Source: an uncultured delta proteobacterium (GTDB taxonomy: Bacteria; Desulfobacterota; Binatia; Binatales; Binataceae). Taken from it: 64,000 nucleotides of DNA. The stretch is taken from contig OY970324.1 of the NCBI GenBank assembly GCA_963717005.1, positions 10,518 through 74,517 of the forward strand. The letters are read 5' to 3'. Numbering within the stretch: position 1 is the stretch's first letter; each line of letters opens with the position of its first letter. A model generated the notes under the pieces. It ran no database searches, was not told the DNA's origin, and saw nothing but the letters and a program-made list of their open reading frames with translations. Both the position numbers and the translations under genes were made by a program. Shown here one piece after another: positions 48,155 to 57,948 of this stretch.

Positions 48155-48652
48155 ATGGAACAGCTCATGGTTGGCGAGTTGGCGCGGCGTGCTCGCGTGA
48201 ATCGAGAGACCGTCCGTTACTACGAGAGGTGTCGGCTGCTTCCTCGACCCTCGCGCACGATTTCCGGATACCGGGTCTTCTCCGATGACGATCTAAGGCG
48301 GCTCAGGTTCATCCGGCACGCCAAGGCACTGGGATTCTCGCTGGGCGAGATCAGAGAGTTATTGGCGCTGCGGGTCTATTCGACCGACGCCTGCGATCGG
48401 GTCCAGAAAAGGACGCGGGCCAAGATCGCCGACATAGATGAGAAGATCAGATCGCTGACCAAGGTTAAGGACGCGCTTGGCGAACTCGTCGATGCGTGCG
48501 CCCGGCGCCGAAAGAGCAACGGCTGCCCGATTCTGGACAGTCTCGACGCGAACGGCTGGCTTGAGCAGGTCTCGGCAGCCGCAGCAACGCGCCAGCGGCA
48601 ATCATCGATCAGATCGGCGCGCAAAGCTGCCGGTTCGGTGAGGAACGGATGA
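48155..48652 (+). CDS. MerR family transcriptional regulator
   Basis: MVGELARRARVNRETVRYYERCRLLP, an HTH with a coiled-coil, and C-terminal Cys residues (CARRRKSNGC). Confidence 0.85.
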   Translation: MEQLMVGELARRARVNRETVRYYERCRLLPRPSRTISGYRVFSDDDLRRLRFIRHAKALGFSLGEIRELLALRVYSTDACDRVQKRTRAKIADIDEKIRSLTKVKDALGELVDACARRRKSNGCPILDSLDANGWLEQVSAAAATRQRQSSIRSARKAAGSVRNG

Positions 48653-48996
48653 AGGTCGAACTCCTTTATATAGCCGAGTGTCCCAACTATCGAGAGGCGG
48701 CACGAACGCTCAGGGAAACCATGCGTGTATCAGGACTGCGGGACGAGGTCTTGGAAATAGAGGTGACAGACACCGCGCAAGCGCAGGCGCTGGAGTTCAT
48801 GGGCTCACCCTCGATCCGGATCGACGGCAAGGATATCGAGCCGATGGTGACCGGGACCGAGCAGCGTCAATACGGACTCTCGTGCCGAACGTACGCAGCG
48901 GGTGGAAAGCTGGTTGGCGTCCCTCCGCTCGAGATGATTCGCGCGGCGCTCCGCTCGACGCCCTCATTGACGCATTCGGAGTCGAACGAAAGATGA
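48649..48996 (+). CDS. thioredoxin/glutaredoxin-like small protein (DUF836-type fold), monothiol CPNY
   Basis: MKVELLYIAECPNY ... GSPSIRIDGKDIEP (a cis-Pro region). ATGA overlap with the merR stop. Confidence 0.45.
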   Translation: MKVELLYIAECPNYREAARTLRETMRVSGLRDEVLEIEVTDTAQAQALEFMGSPSIRIDGKDIEPMVTGTEQRQYGLSCRTYAAGGKLVGVPPLEMIRAALRSTPSLTHSESNER

Positions 48997-49316
48997 GACA
49001 CTCAGAAAAGATCGTTCCTGCGGCGGCTGTCATCAGCGCGCTCTCGACCCTTGTATGCTGTCTTCCGCTTGGCATCGCCGCCGCCGCGGGAACCGCGAGC
49101 CTCGGCGTTCTGGTGCAACCGCTGCGGCCCTGGCTGATGGGGTTATCGCTCGCACTGCTCGGGTTCGGATTCGCGCAATTGTATCGATACCGCGGAACTT
49201 GCCGGCCGCGCAGCCGGACGGGCGCCGCGCTATTTTGGTTCTCTGCGATGGTGGTTCTGGCCACGCTCGTTTTCCCTCAAGTCATGGCCGGCGTCCTTGC
49301 CGATCTATTTCCCTAG
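48993..49316 (+). CDS. MerT/MerF-like mercuric-ion transport membrane protein (three TM helices, vicinal CC in TM1)
   Basis: STLVCCLPLGIAAAAG in the first helix and a C-terminal LVFPQVMAGVL, as in MerT. ATGA overlap with the upstream stop. Confidence 0.55.
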   Translation: MRHSEKIVPAAAVISALSTLVCCLPLGIAAAAGTASLGVLVQPLRPWLMGLSLALLGFGFAQLYRYRGTCRPRSRTGAALFWFSAMVVLATLVFPQVMAGVLADLFP

Positions 49317-49327
49317 GTTTAACCGCA

Positions 49328-49903
49328 ATGAGTTTGAGAACCGTAATTTTGTCCGCCGTCGCGATATTCGCTGTGTTCGTCGTGGCCCGCCTGTATCTCA
49401 GCGGGCACCAGGTGCCCGAAGGCCAGCCGCCGCTTGGCGACCTGAACACGGTTTCTCTGGATAGTTTGAAGCGCGACTTCAACCGGAATTCGGATCGCAT
49501 TCGAATCATTCTCCTGCTCTCGCCCACTTGACCCGTCTGCCTGCGGGGGGCCTCCGCAGTCCAGAAGATGCTTGAACAACGATCGACCGCCAACGTGATA
49601 GTTTACGCCGTCTGGGAGCCCATCTTGCCGACAGATTGGACAGCGCCATCAAGTTGGGCACTTGAGCGGCTGTCTGACGCGCGTGTTAGTCAGTTCTGGG
49701 ACAAGCAACACGCGCTGGCGAAAATCATGGCCAACTCCCGCGATGCGCAGACGGGGCCCAAATGCTGCTCCTCCCGCGGAATTCTCTGGGACCTGGTCGC
49801 CGTGTATCCGCCGCAAGCCATTTGGGGCGAGCGCTTGCCGCCGGCCGTTGTGTTCGACGGTCCCATCGTTCGCGTGATGCCGCTGAAACTTGACAGCTTC
49901 TAA
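49328..49903 (+). CDS. membrane-anchored TlpA/ResA-like thiol:disulfide oxidoreductase with an in-frame TGA at 49529-49531 at the redox motif (putative selenocysteine UxxC), or a pseudogene
   Basis: The two tool ORFs 49055..49531 and 49568..49903 are in the same frame, separated only by TGA. The joined product reads ...NSDRIRIILLLSPT-U-PVCLRGASAVQKMLEQ...VIVYAVWEP...PAVVFDGPIVRV, the TlpA-like layout with U where Cys1 of CxxC would be. A 6-bp GC hairpin with a G-rich loop (ctgcgg-ggggcct-ccgcag) starts 10 nt after the TGA. Confidence 0.4.
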
Positions 49904-50069
49904 CGAGGCCCGCGCTCGGAAGTCGGACCGCTCATCAGATGCGCCGTCAGGTAGGGAAGGCTTGCCAGCGTCGAGTAGGTAAACGCCGCCAGCGCGATCG
50001 CAAAAAAGTCAAGCTGGTGCGCCGGATGTTGCGCGAGAGATTTCGCAACACCAGCCGCGCGTATTTCAT
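49900..50069 (-). pseudogene. N-terminal remnant of an FtsX-family ABC permease gene (frameshifted in a T6 run, truncated after about 56 codons)
   Basis: The minus strand from ATG 50067-50069 reads MKYARLVLRNLSRNIRRTSLTF. After restoring 1 T it reads FAIALAAFTYSTLASLPYLTAH, closely resembling the N-termini of the permeases at 14065 and 15244 (MFNWIKLIERNMRRNLRRTILTILTIALATF). It ends at the tlpA-like gene. Confidence 0.5.
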
Positions 50070-50151
50070 TATTTCACTCGGCCGCCTCGCGATTCGGGCA
50101 CAATTCCAAATTTACATCTCGAACATACACCCGCTCGAGGCAAGCCGGAAC

Positions 50152-51345
50152 TTATCGCTTTAACTGCGCCCGGGCCTTCGCTTCCTCGCGAGCGCTCGAG
50201 AGCGGATGCATGACGCCGGCGCCGGCGGGCCAGACGCCGGGCGCCAGTTTGATGCGGCGGCTCGCGCGCTGCGCATGCGGAGATAGCGACTTCCAGATGT
50301 CATGCGGCATCGACGGTATGAACCAGCGCTCCTCCAGCCACGGTGCTCCGTATTCGACATTGGGCATCGCCCGGATCTCTCTTCCCACATTCGGCGTCGC
50401 TCCGTGCCATGCCCGGACATCGCGAATGACCCCGGCGCCGGCGGGCGCTCCGACCAACGTCGAAAGCCGCATCCACTCCGGTTCTTCGACCGGTGAGGGT
50501 GGGTTGGCGACGCGGCCCTGCGTGCCGGGGATCTGCCGAATCGGCCCGTTCTCCCAGGTCAGGTCCGACATCAGAAAATTGATCGCTATCATCGGCGGCG
50601 TGCGCTCAATGATTAGTTGCCAGCTCGAATGCTCGAGCTCGCTGGAGCCCTCACGCCTCCTGAACTTGATCCCAAGTCTCCGGGCTTGGCGCAGCCGCCC
50701 TTCGGGCAACTGATAGGTCTCGCGCTCGCGCAAATCCAGATGCAGCGCCTGGTACTCGATCGCGCCCGGCAGGCACAGGTCGCCGCCCGCACCGACCACC
50801 AGGTATTTGTCCGTGCCGAAAATCTTCGACAGGATCGGCGTCGTCGTCGGCAGGTCGATCATCGAGGCCCATACCGGCTCGTGCAGCATGTGCCGCGAGG
50901 CCGACGAAGTGCCGTAGCTGTAGCGATGCGGGAGCCGGAAGGACTCTGTCATGTACTTGCGGCCGCCCACGCCGGGAACTTCGAGGATCTGCTTCAGCGC
51001 CTTGGCGCTGCCTTCGCGCCACCGCTCCAGGGCGTCCGCGTCGAGCAAATCGCGGACCACCACGAATCCATCCCGGAAAAAGATTCTCGCTGCCCGCTCC
51101 ACCTCATGGGGCTCGACGATCTCGAGGCCGCGAATCCCGTTGTGTTGCCGCAAATGCTCGCGCAGCCTGCACACCTCCGGGTCGTCGAACACGCGCCGGC
51201 CCGGTGCACGCGGGTCCGCCGCGTTGAAGGCGTTGGCGCGCGCGGTCGGCTGGCCATGCTCGTCCACGGTCTCGTTGGGCGGCGTCAGACGGCACCAGCC
51301 GACTCCGGTCTCGCCGTACACCTTCAATTGGTCCAGTTCGCTCAT
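50152..51345 (-). CDS. phytanoyl-CoA dioxygenase (PhyH) family 2OG-Fe(II) oxygenase
   Basis: The length and the His/Asp...His arrangement of PhyH-like proteins. Family-level call only. Confidence 0.6.
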   Translation of the reverse strand: MSELDQLKVYGETGVGWCRLTPPNETVDEHGQPTARANAFNAADPRAPGRRVFDDPEVCRLREHLRQHNGIRGLEIVEPHEVERAARIFFRDGFVVVRDLLDADALERWREGSAKALKQILEVPGVGGRKYMTESFRLPHRYSYGTSSASRHMLHEPVWASMIDLPTTTPILSKIFGTDKYLVVGAGGDLCLPGAIEYQALHLDLRERETYQLPEGRLRQARRLGIKFRRREGSSELEHSSWQLIIERTPPMIAINFLMSDLTWENGPIRQIPGTQGRVANPPSPVEEPEWMRLSTLVGAPAGAGVIRDVRAWHGATPNVGREIRAMPNVEYGAPWLEERWFIPSMPHDIWKSLSPHAQRASRRIKLAPGVWPAGAGVMHPLSSAREEAKARAQLKR

Positions 51346-51701
51346 CGCAATCGATCGTCCCCTCCCGGGAATTTCGAGATTGACATTCTATTCAATCCTC
51401 GCCCGAATGCGACCCACTCCTCGTTGATGCACGTACGCACGGCCGTTCTTGAGAAAAGAGCACGCCGCGCGCATGAGGTATGCGCAGTCGATGAAAACGA
51501 ACGCCGGATTGCTCGTCCCGCCTGGCTGAGCTGAGTCTCGCGGATCCGCCGCTCGCGGAGCGCGAGCATGGTAGAACATCAGCGGCCGCTCAGCCGCCAG
51601 CGAGCCGAGGCGGAGGAAGCCGAAGGTCGCGGTCAGAAACGATTCCTTTGATTAGCGCGAAAAACACGCTGCCCGAATGCAGCAAGCACCGGCCGATTTC
51701 G

Positions 51702-52934
51702 CTACGCGGCTGCCGTCCTCCCGATCACAATGCGCGATCTCTCGTCGGCGAGCGGCAGAGTTGCGCGCATCGCCAGCGCCGATACCAGCCCCATCGCGGC
51801 GAACAGAATCCAGGCGTCGGTGTAACTGCCGGTCACATCGAAAATCCGCCCCGCGATCGCCGGTCCCGCCGCAAATCCGAATGTCGTGAACAGCGCCAGC
51901 AGTCCCAGGATCGATCCAAGTCGCCGGATGCCGAGAGATTCGTTGATCACCAGCGGCAGCAAGTGCGTCTCCCTCACAAATCCGAACACCAGGATGAACG
52001 CTACCACCGCAGCCAGGTGCGCGGCCCCGAGCAATGCGACGATACCGGCCCCGCCCGCGACGAACACCGCCGCAAGCATCACGCGTCCGCCGCGGCGATC
52101 CGCCAGGGATCCAATTACAAAACTCCCGATTGCGCTGAATATGAACATCGCGGCGAACAGAACGGATGCACCCGTCGGCGCATATCCGATGCCGCTGAGA
52201 TAGGGAACCAGATGAACCCGAACGCCGACGCCGGCGGTGGCGAACAAGACTTCGGCTATCGCGATCAGCCAGAACGATCGCGACCGAAGCGCTTCTCTCA
52301 ACTCGAGGCCCGACACCGTCGTCGCCGCCCGCGCCAGTTCCAAATCGTTTGCGTTCGCGTCCGGCCGCGTGCGCACGAACGCGGCCAGTAGCGGAATCAC
52401 TATCAACACGATCGGCACGCCCATCGCGAAGTATCCCGCCCGGAATCCGTAATGCAGCACCACGTAGTTCGCCAGGATTGTAATCCCGCTGCCGCCCAAC
52501 GGGATTCCCGCGAAAGCGACCCCCAGTGCGAGCCCGCGCTTCTCGCTGAACCAGTTGGTGATCACCAGCGCACTCGGAATGACCGTCGACGCGGTGATCC
52601 CGACACCGAGCAAGACGAAGATTATCAGGAACTCGGCCGCCGAATTCGCGCGGCTGAGCGCCATGAAACCCAGCGCCACCATCGATGCGCCCGCGATCAT
52701 CACCTGGCGCGCGCCGATCCGATCCATCAGCCATCCAACCGCCGGACTGCTAAGGCCTGCCGCCAGCGGCGCCGTGCCGGCCAGCAGCGAGAAAAAACCG
52801 CGGCTCCAACCGAAGTGCTTGACCACTGGAATAAAGAACACACCGGCGGCGTTGACCGGTCCCCAAATCAGAAACAAGGTCGCGAACAGCGCGCCGACTA
52901 CTACCCAGCCTCGTTCTTCCTGCTTGTCCATCAA
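51702..52934 (-). CDS. MFS transporter
   Basis: 12 predicted TM helices. GWLMDRIGARQVM-type motif A. Confidence 0.85.
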   Translation of the reverse strand: MMDKQEERGWVVVGALFATLFLIWGPVNAAGVFFIPVVKHFGWSRGFFSLLAGTAPLAAGLSSPAVGWLMDRIGARQVMIAGASMVALGFMALSRANSAAEFLIIFVLLGVGITASTVIPSALVITNWFSEKRGLALGVAFAGIPLGGSGITILANYVVLHYGFRAGYFAMGVPIVLIVIPLLAAFVRTRPDANANDLELARAATTVSGLELREALRSRSFWLIAIAEVLFATAGVGVRVHLVPYLSGIGYAPTGASVLFAAMFIFSAIGSFVIGSLADRRGGRVMLAAVFVAGGAGIVALLGAAHLAAVVAFILVFGFVRETHLLPLVINESLGIRRLGSILGLLALFTTFGFAAGPAIAGRIFDVTGSYTDAWILFAAMGLVSALAMRATLPLADERSRIVIGRTAAA

Positions 52935-53072
52935 TCATGCGCTCCTGGAACTTCACGAATTTTAGTAAATCGATCGGTCGCTCGATTCGGAATTCTTGCG
53001 CCCGCCGCAGATTCGTGAAAATTGGTATCTGTGCACACCTGTCGTGCATAATTTCACGGAGGCTTTTTTGCG

Positions 53073-53993
53073 ATGGAGCAATGGGACGATATCCGCTTCT
53101 TTCTCGCGATCGCCCGTGAACGGAGCCTGTCGGGCGCGGCCCGCGCTTTGGGCGTCGATCACGCCACCGTCGGGCGCCGCCTCACCGCGTTCGAGCGCCG
53201 CCTTGGCGCCAAACTGTTCAGCCGCACGCCCGAAGGATTCGCGATCTCCTCCGCCGGTCAGGCAATCTTGAACCAGGCCGAGGGCATGGAGGCCGCAGCG
53301 CTCGCTGTCGATCGGCTGGCGACCGGCCTTGACACCAGATCGAGCGGACTGGTGCGGCTGACGACGATCGAGATACTCGCCCATCAGGTCATCCTGCCGG
53401 CCCTTGCCACGCTCCTCGAAAAGCACCCGCAACTCCAGGTTGATTTGCTGATAAGTCTTCGCACCCTCGACATCGCGCGACGCCAGGCCGATATCGCCGT
53501 CCGTATCCCACGGCCCACCGACTCAAACCTGGTCTGCCGCAAGCTCGGCGAGTTTGGAGTCACCGCTTACGCGTCCCGGCGCTACCTCGCGGCCCATGGC
53601 AGACCCAGACGCGGCGCGGGTCTGCGCGGGCATTCTCTGATCAATTTTCCCATCACCCCAGCGGAACTCGGCATACCGTTCCACGGAGAGTCTCTGGAAG
53701 GGACGCGAGTCGCGATGCATGCGACGGGCGGCTTTGCTCAGATGAAGGCTGTCGCCGAGGGAATCGGAATCTGCGAGCTGGCCTGCTGTGTCGCTGACGA
53801 TCATCCCGAACTGGAGCGCCTATGGTCCGCTGAACGGCCGACGATGCGCCCGGTCTGGCTCGTAGTGCATCAGGACTTGCGGCGCGCCGCGAAAATCCGC
53901 TTGGTCTCGAACGCAATCGCTGAAGCTTTCGAGCGCGACGCGGCAATTCTGCGCTACGGACACCCGCGCACGCGCCGCTCCCTCACGCATTGA
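53073..53993 (+). CDS. LysR family transcriptional regulator
   Basis: IRFFLAIARERSLSGAARALGVDHATVGRRLTAFERRLG. It is divergent from the MFS gene. Confidence 0.9.
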   Translation: MEQWDDIRFFLAIARERSLSGAARALGVDHATVGRRLTAFERRLGAKLFSRTPEGFAISSAGQAILNQAEGMEAAALAVDRLATGLDTRSSGLVRLTTIEILAHQVILPALATLLEKHPQLQVDLLISLRTLDIARRQADIAVRIPRPTDSNLVCRKLGEFGVTAYASRRYLAAHGRPRRGAGLRGHSLINFPITPAELGIPFHGESLEGTRVAMHATGGFAQMKAVAEGIGICELACCVADDHPELERLWSAERPTMRPVWLVVHQDLRRAAKIRLVSNAIAEAFERDAAILRYGHPRTRRSLTH

Positions 53994-54049
53994 CGCAAGC
54001 GCGCGACCTTTCTAAAAAGAGCAAACGCCGGGGGGCCGGAGGAGTTGCG

Positions 54050-55039
54050 ATGGCCATCGACCCAAACAAACTACAGGAACTGATCAATAAAATGTTCGGC
54101 GACGTCGGCGCCGCGATGGGTGTGGCGCTGGTGCTGATCGGCGACAAATTCGGCTTCTACAAAACCCTCGCCGCCGCCGGACCGTTGACGCCCGCCGAAC
54201 TCGCGGCGAAAACCGGCACCGTCGAGCGTTACGTGCGCGAATGGGCCGCCGCTCAAGCCGCCGCCGGATACATCAACTACGACGCTGCCTCGGCGCGCTT
54301 TTCGATTTCGCCCGAGCAGGCGCTGGTGCTCGCCGATGAAACCGGGCCGGCATTTTTCCCCGCGATGTACGAGATAGCGGCCGCCGCCGTCCGCGACGAA
54401 CCCAAAGTAGCCAACGCCTTTCGCAACGGCGGCGGGGTCGGATGGCACGAGCACGACCCCTGTCTGTTCCGCGGCACCGAACGCTTCTTCCGCCCCGGCT
54501 ACGCGATGCATCTGGTATCGGAATGGATTCCCGCGCTCGACGGCGTCCGCGAGAAACTCGAGCGCGGCGCGCGCGTCGCGGACGTCGGATGCGGTCATGG
54601 CGCTTCGGCAATCCTGATGGCCAAGGCGTTTCCGAAATCGCGCTTCTTCGGCTTCGACTATCATCAGCCGTCGATCGACCGCGCCCGCGAAATCGCGCGC
54701 GCCGAGGGGCTTGCCGATCGCGTCGTCTTCGAGCGCGCTGCGGCCAAGGACTACCCGGGAACCTTCGACCTGGTCGCGTTCTTCGATTGCCTGCACGACA
54801 TGGGCGATCCGGTCGGCGCCGCCGCCCACGTCAAGCGCACGCTGGCCGAAGATGGAACCTGGATGGTGGTCGAGCCGTTCGGCAACGATCGCCTCGAGGA
54901 CAATTTGAATCCGATCGGCCGCGTCTTCTACGCCGCCTCTACGATGATTTGCGTGCCGGGCTCGCTGTCGCAGGAAGTCGGCAAGGGCCTGGGTGCGCAA
55001 GCCGGGGAAACGAGGTTGCGCGAAGTGCTGACGGCGTGA
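54050..55039 (+). CDS. class I SAM-dependent methyltransferase
   Basis: The start is at the internal ATG with a GGAGGAG RBS. VADVGCGHGAS (motif I). Confidence 0.75.
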   Translation: MAIDPNKLQELINKMFGDVGAAMGVALVLIGDKFGFYKTLAAAGPLTPAELAAKTGTVERYVREWAAAQAAAGYINYDAASARFSISPEQALVLADETGPAFFPAMYEIAAAAVRDEPKVANAFRNGGGVGWHEHDPCLFRGTERFFRPGYAMHLVSEWIPALDGVREKLERGARVADVGCGHGASAILMAKAFPKSRFFGFDYHQPSIDRAREIARAEGLADRVVFERAAAKDYPGTFDLVAFFDCLHDMGDPVGAAAHVKRTLAEDGTWMVVEPFGNDRLEDNLNPIGRVFYAASTMICVPGSLSQEVGKGLGAQAGETRLREVLTA

Positions 55040-55118
55040 GGATTCACCCGCGTCCGCCTTGCCACCGCGACCCCCTTCAATCTGGTCCTCGAGGCGCGCC
55101 CGTAACCGGCGCGCTGTC

Positions 55119-56258
55119 TCAGTAGGCCACGATTTCGCCGCTTTGGATAAGCTTGACCGGCGTGCCCTCGACGTTCGTCGGCGCAGCGGCCTTCACCTGC
55201 GCCGTCAGGCTATTGACGTAAACTACAATAGCCGGCTGACCCGCTTGATCGCCCGCCGCGATTCCAGTGCCGACCGCACCCGGGATGCCCATAAGCTGAT
55301 CCTCGTGCCGGTCGCGAACCGCCTTGGCCGATGCAACGACCTCTTTCGACATGCCAATACTCGCCGCCAAAGCGTCGGCGCCAGGCGCGTCCGAGGTGAG
55401 CGAGGCAGTGCAAGTGCCGACCATCGAAACGCCGAGCCTGCTGGTCACCTCGGAAATTGGATTGGCAAACGTAAGCGATCCGTCACTTGAGCCCGCAAAC
55501 AACAGAGCTACCGCCAGCGGGCAACTATCCTGAGTCAGGATTAGCGATCCGGAGTCGCCGGGTCCGGCGAAGGTAGGAGTATGAGCGCTGCCGGTAATCT
55601 GAATCTGGTTGACGAATTTAGCCAAATGCGGCTTCATCGTATCCGAGTAGTTTATCTTAACGTTGGCGTCCAGCGCCGAAATTATCCCGGTCGTGACGCA
55701 AGTCGTGCGACCCATTTTCTGAACACCCATCCCGAGCACCGGCGCATCATCCTCCGAGCTTGCAATGTCTCCGATAAACAGGATTTGCGGATTCACCTGT
55801 CCCGGCTCAACCGCCGCAATCGCGGCATCGACGAAGTTCTTGTGGCCACCGAACTTGAGTTTGATAGCGCGGCTGAAAGTTGCGACCGCATTGCTCTGTG
55901 ACCTCACGCACTGTACGTCCGCCAGGCCCGGCTGCACGATGAGCTCGCCGCGTTTAGCCTTATTTTGATTCGCGAGCACATGATTATTGCTCAGGATGTA
56001 TAGATTGTCGCTTGAGTCCTGAACCATCGACCCCAAAGTCCCACTAAAACAACCTTTCAAGCTTCCGTTCTTGGCTCTAAGGAGCGATTTGATATTTCCG
56101 CCCGAAATGCCGAGCGGAATCGGCCGCGTCAACGTCGTCTGCTGAGTCGGCGGACTGGCGCTGCAGACGTTGATAGCGGACGCGTTTTGTGGCGTTGACG
56201 CAACACCGAGCACAAGCATGCAAGCAACCAAAACCACTGCCTTCGTCATATAACTCAT
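55119..56258 (-). CDS. secreted S1-family (chymotrypsin-fold) serine protease
   Basis: A signal peptide, GPGDSGSLIL (the catalytic Ser motif), and a His in SNNHVLA. Confidence 0.7.
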   Translation of the reverse strand: MSYMTKAVVLVACMLVLGVASTPQNASAINVCSASPPTQQTTLTRPIPLGISGGNIKSLLRAKNGSLKGCFSGTLGSMVQDSSDNLYILSNNHVLANQNKAKRGELIVQPGLADVQCVRSQSNAVATFSRAIKLKFGGHKNFVDAAIAAVEPGQVNPQILFIGDIASSEDDAPVLGMGVQKMGRTTCVTTGIISALDANVKINYSDTMKPHLAKFVNQIQITGSAHTPTFAGPGDSGSLILTQDSCPLAVALLFAGSSDGSLTFANPISEVTSRLGVSMVGTCTASLTSDAPGADALAASIGMSKEVVASAKAVRDRHEDQLMGIPGAVGTGIAAGDQAGQPAIVVYVNSLTAQVKAAAPTNVEGTPVKLIQSGEIVAY

Positions 56259-56483
56259 AGGTTTTCCCCGTATCTCCCCATCTTTCCCCGCTTCCAGGAT
56301 AGAAATTTGCTCTCGGTCGCTCGATACGAGCAAGATTTGCACCATAGACCAGTGCGTTGGAGGCAAAAGCAATCTAATGCATGCTAACCACGCTTAACAC
56401 GCGTCTAGCAACGTCCACAACGCGCCGAGTGCTCACCGGGTGCAGGGGTCACCCATGCCGCCCGCCGCGCAGGCGATTATCTC

Positions 56484-57875
56484 TTAAATCTCCGGATGCT
56501 TGTCCTTCCACGGGCGCGCGCGTTCGAACTCCGCCGCCAGCGCGATTATCCCTGCTTCGTCAGCGGGTCGGCCGACAATCTGAAGCGCGAGCGGCAATCC
56601 CGATTTGCTGAATCCGTTGGGGATCGAAATGGCCGGCTGACCGGTCGAGTTGAACGGGAAGGTGAACGCGATCCATCCGTAGATTTCGTCCGCGCCGGTC
56701 TCCGGATTCGTCGCCAGGGTGCCGATGCGCACGGCGGGCCGCGTGAGCGTCGGCGCGATCAGCGCGTCGTACGGCATCAGCGCGTGGATTATTTCGCGCG
56801 ACGTATTGTGCATCCCGGTCACGGCGCGGATATAGTCGGCGGCGGAAATTTTCGCGCCCCAGTCGTAGCTGCTGCGCACCGCCGGATCGAGCAGGTCGGG
56901 ATTTGGAATATTCAGCGCCGACACTGACGCACCGACGATCACGCGCGCGTACTTGCCGAGCATCGCGCCCGGATCGAGCGCGATCGGCTCGATGCTATGC
57001 CCCATCTCGCGCAACACGCCGCATGCGGACTCGAGCGCAGCGAGAGTTTCGTCGTCAACGGCGCCGAGTACGCTTTTGTTAATCATCGCGAGCCGCAGTT
57101 TTTTCGGATGCGCCGAAACTTCCTCGACGAACGGACGCGTATGCGGCCGCGCCGCGTACGGATCCCCCGGCATCATCCCTGCCATCGCATCGAGCATCAG
57201 CGCCGCGTCGCGAACCGTGCGCGCAATCGGTCCGGTCGTCGAAAGCCCGGCCCACCCCTCCCCGGCGGCCGGCGCCGTCGTGATTCGCCCGCGCGACGGC
57301 TTGATCCCCACCAGCCCGCAGCATGCAGCCGGGATTCGCACCGATCCGCCGCCATCGCTGCCCTGCGCCACCGGATGCAATCCCGCGGCGACCGCCGACG
57401 CCGAGCCGCCGCTCGAGCCGCCCGCGGTATGTTCGAGGTTCCACGGATTTCGCGCGGGCGGACAGAGACCGCCTTCGGTCGTCGGCCGCAGTCCAAACTC
57501 GGGCGTGGAAGTTTTCCCAAGCAGAATTCCGCCGGCATTCGCCAGCCGCACCGCGAGCTCCGCATCCGCCGGCGCATGCCAGTTCTCATAATTCTTGGAG
57601 CCGAACGTGGTGCGAATGTCCTTGGTCCAGAGCAAATCCTTGAGCGAATACGCCACCCCGAACAGCGGCAGCTTCACTCCTTCCGAGCTGCTCATCTTCT
57701 CGACCCGCGCCGCATCCGCGAGCGCGCGATCGGCGGTGACGGTGATAAACGCGCCGAGTTTTGGATTGAGCTCTTCGATGCGAGCCAGAAAAAACTCGGC
57801 GACTTCGCGCGGCCTGACTTCTTTCTTCAGAACCAGCTCGCGCAACTCCCACGCCTCGATAAAGGGATCAAGCAT
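56484..57875 (-). CDS. amidase (amidase-signature family, GatA-like)
   Basis: GGSSGGSASAVAAG ... GSDGGGSVRIPAACCG is the AS signature. GGAGGTGA RBS before the ATG at 57875. Confidence 0.85.
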   Translation of the reverse strand: MLDPFIEAWELRELVLKKEVRPREVAEFFLARIEELNPKLGAFITVTADRALADAARVEKMSSSEGVKLPLFGVAYSLKDLLWTKDIRTTFGSKNYENWHAPADAELAVRLANAGGILLGKTSTPEFGLRPTTEGGLCPPARNPWNLEHTAGGSSGGSASAVAAGLHPVAQGSDGGGSVRIPAACCGLVGIKPSRGRITTAPAAGEGWAGLSTTGPIARTVRDAALMLDAMAGMMPGDPYAARPHTRPFVEEVSAHPKKLRLAMINKSVLGAVDDETLAALESACGVLREMGHSIEPIALDPGAMLGKYARVIVGASVSALNIPNPDLLDPAVRSSYDWGAKISAADYIRAVTGMHNTSREIIHALMPYDALIAPTLTRPAVRIGTLATNPETGADEIYGWIAFTFPFNSTGQPAISIPNGFSKSGLPLALQIVGRPADEAGIIALAAEFERARPWKDKHPEI

Positions 57876-57948
57876 CGCGTTCACCTCCACTGAAAATCCT
57901 AGTTAGCCCAAAACCCCGGCGTCCGCCAACGCACGGCTTCCCCTTTCC

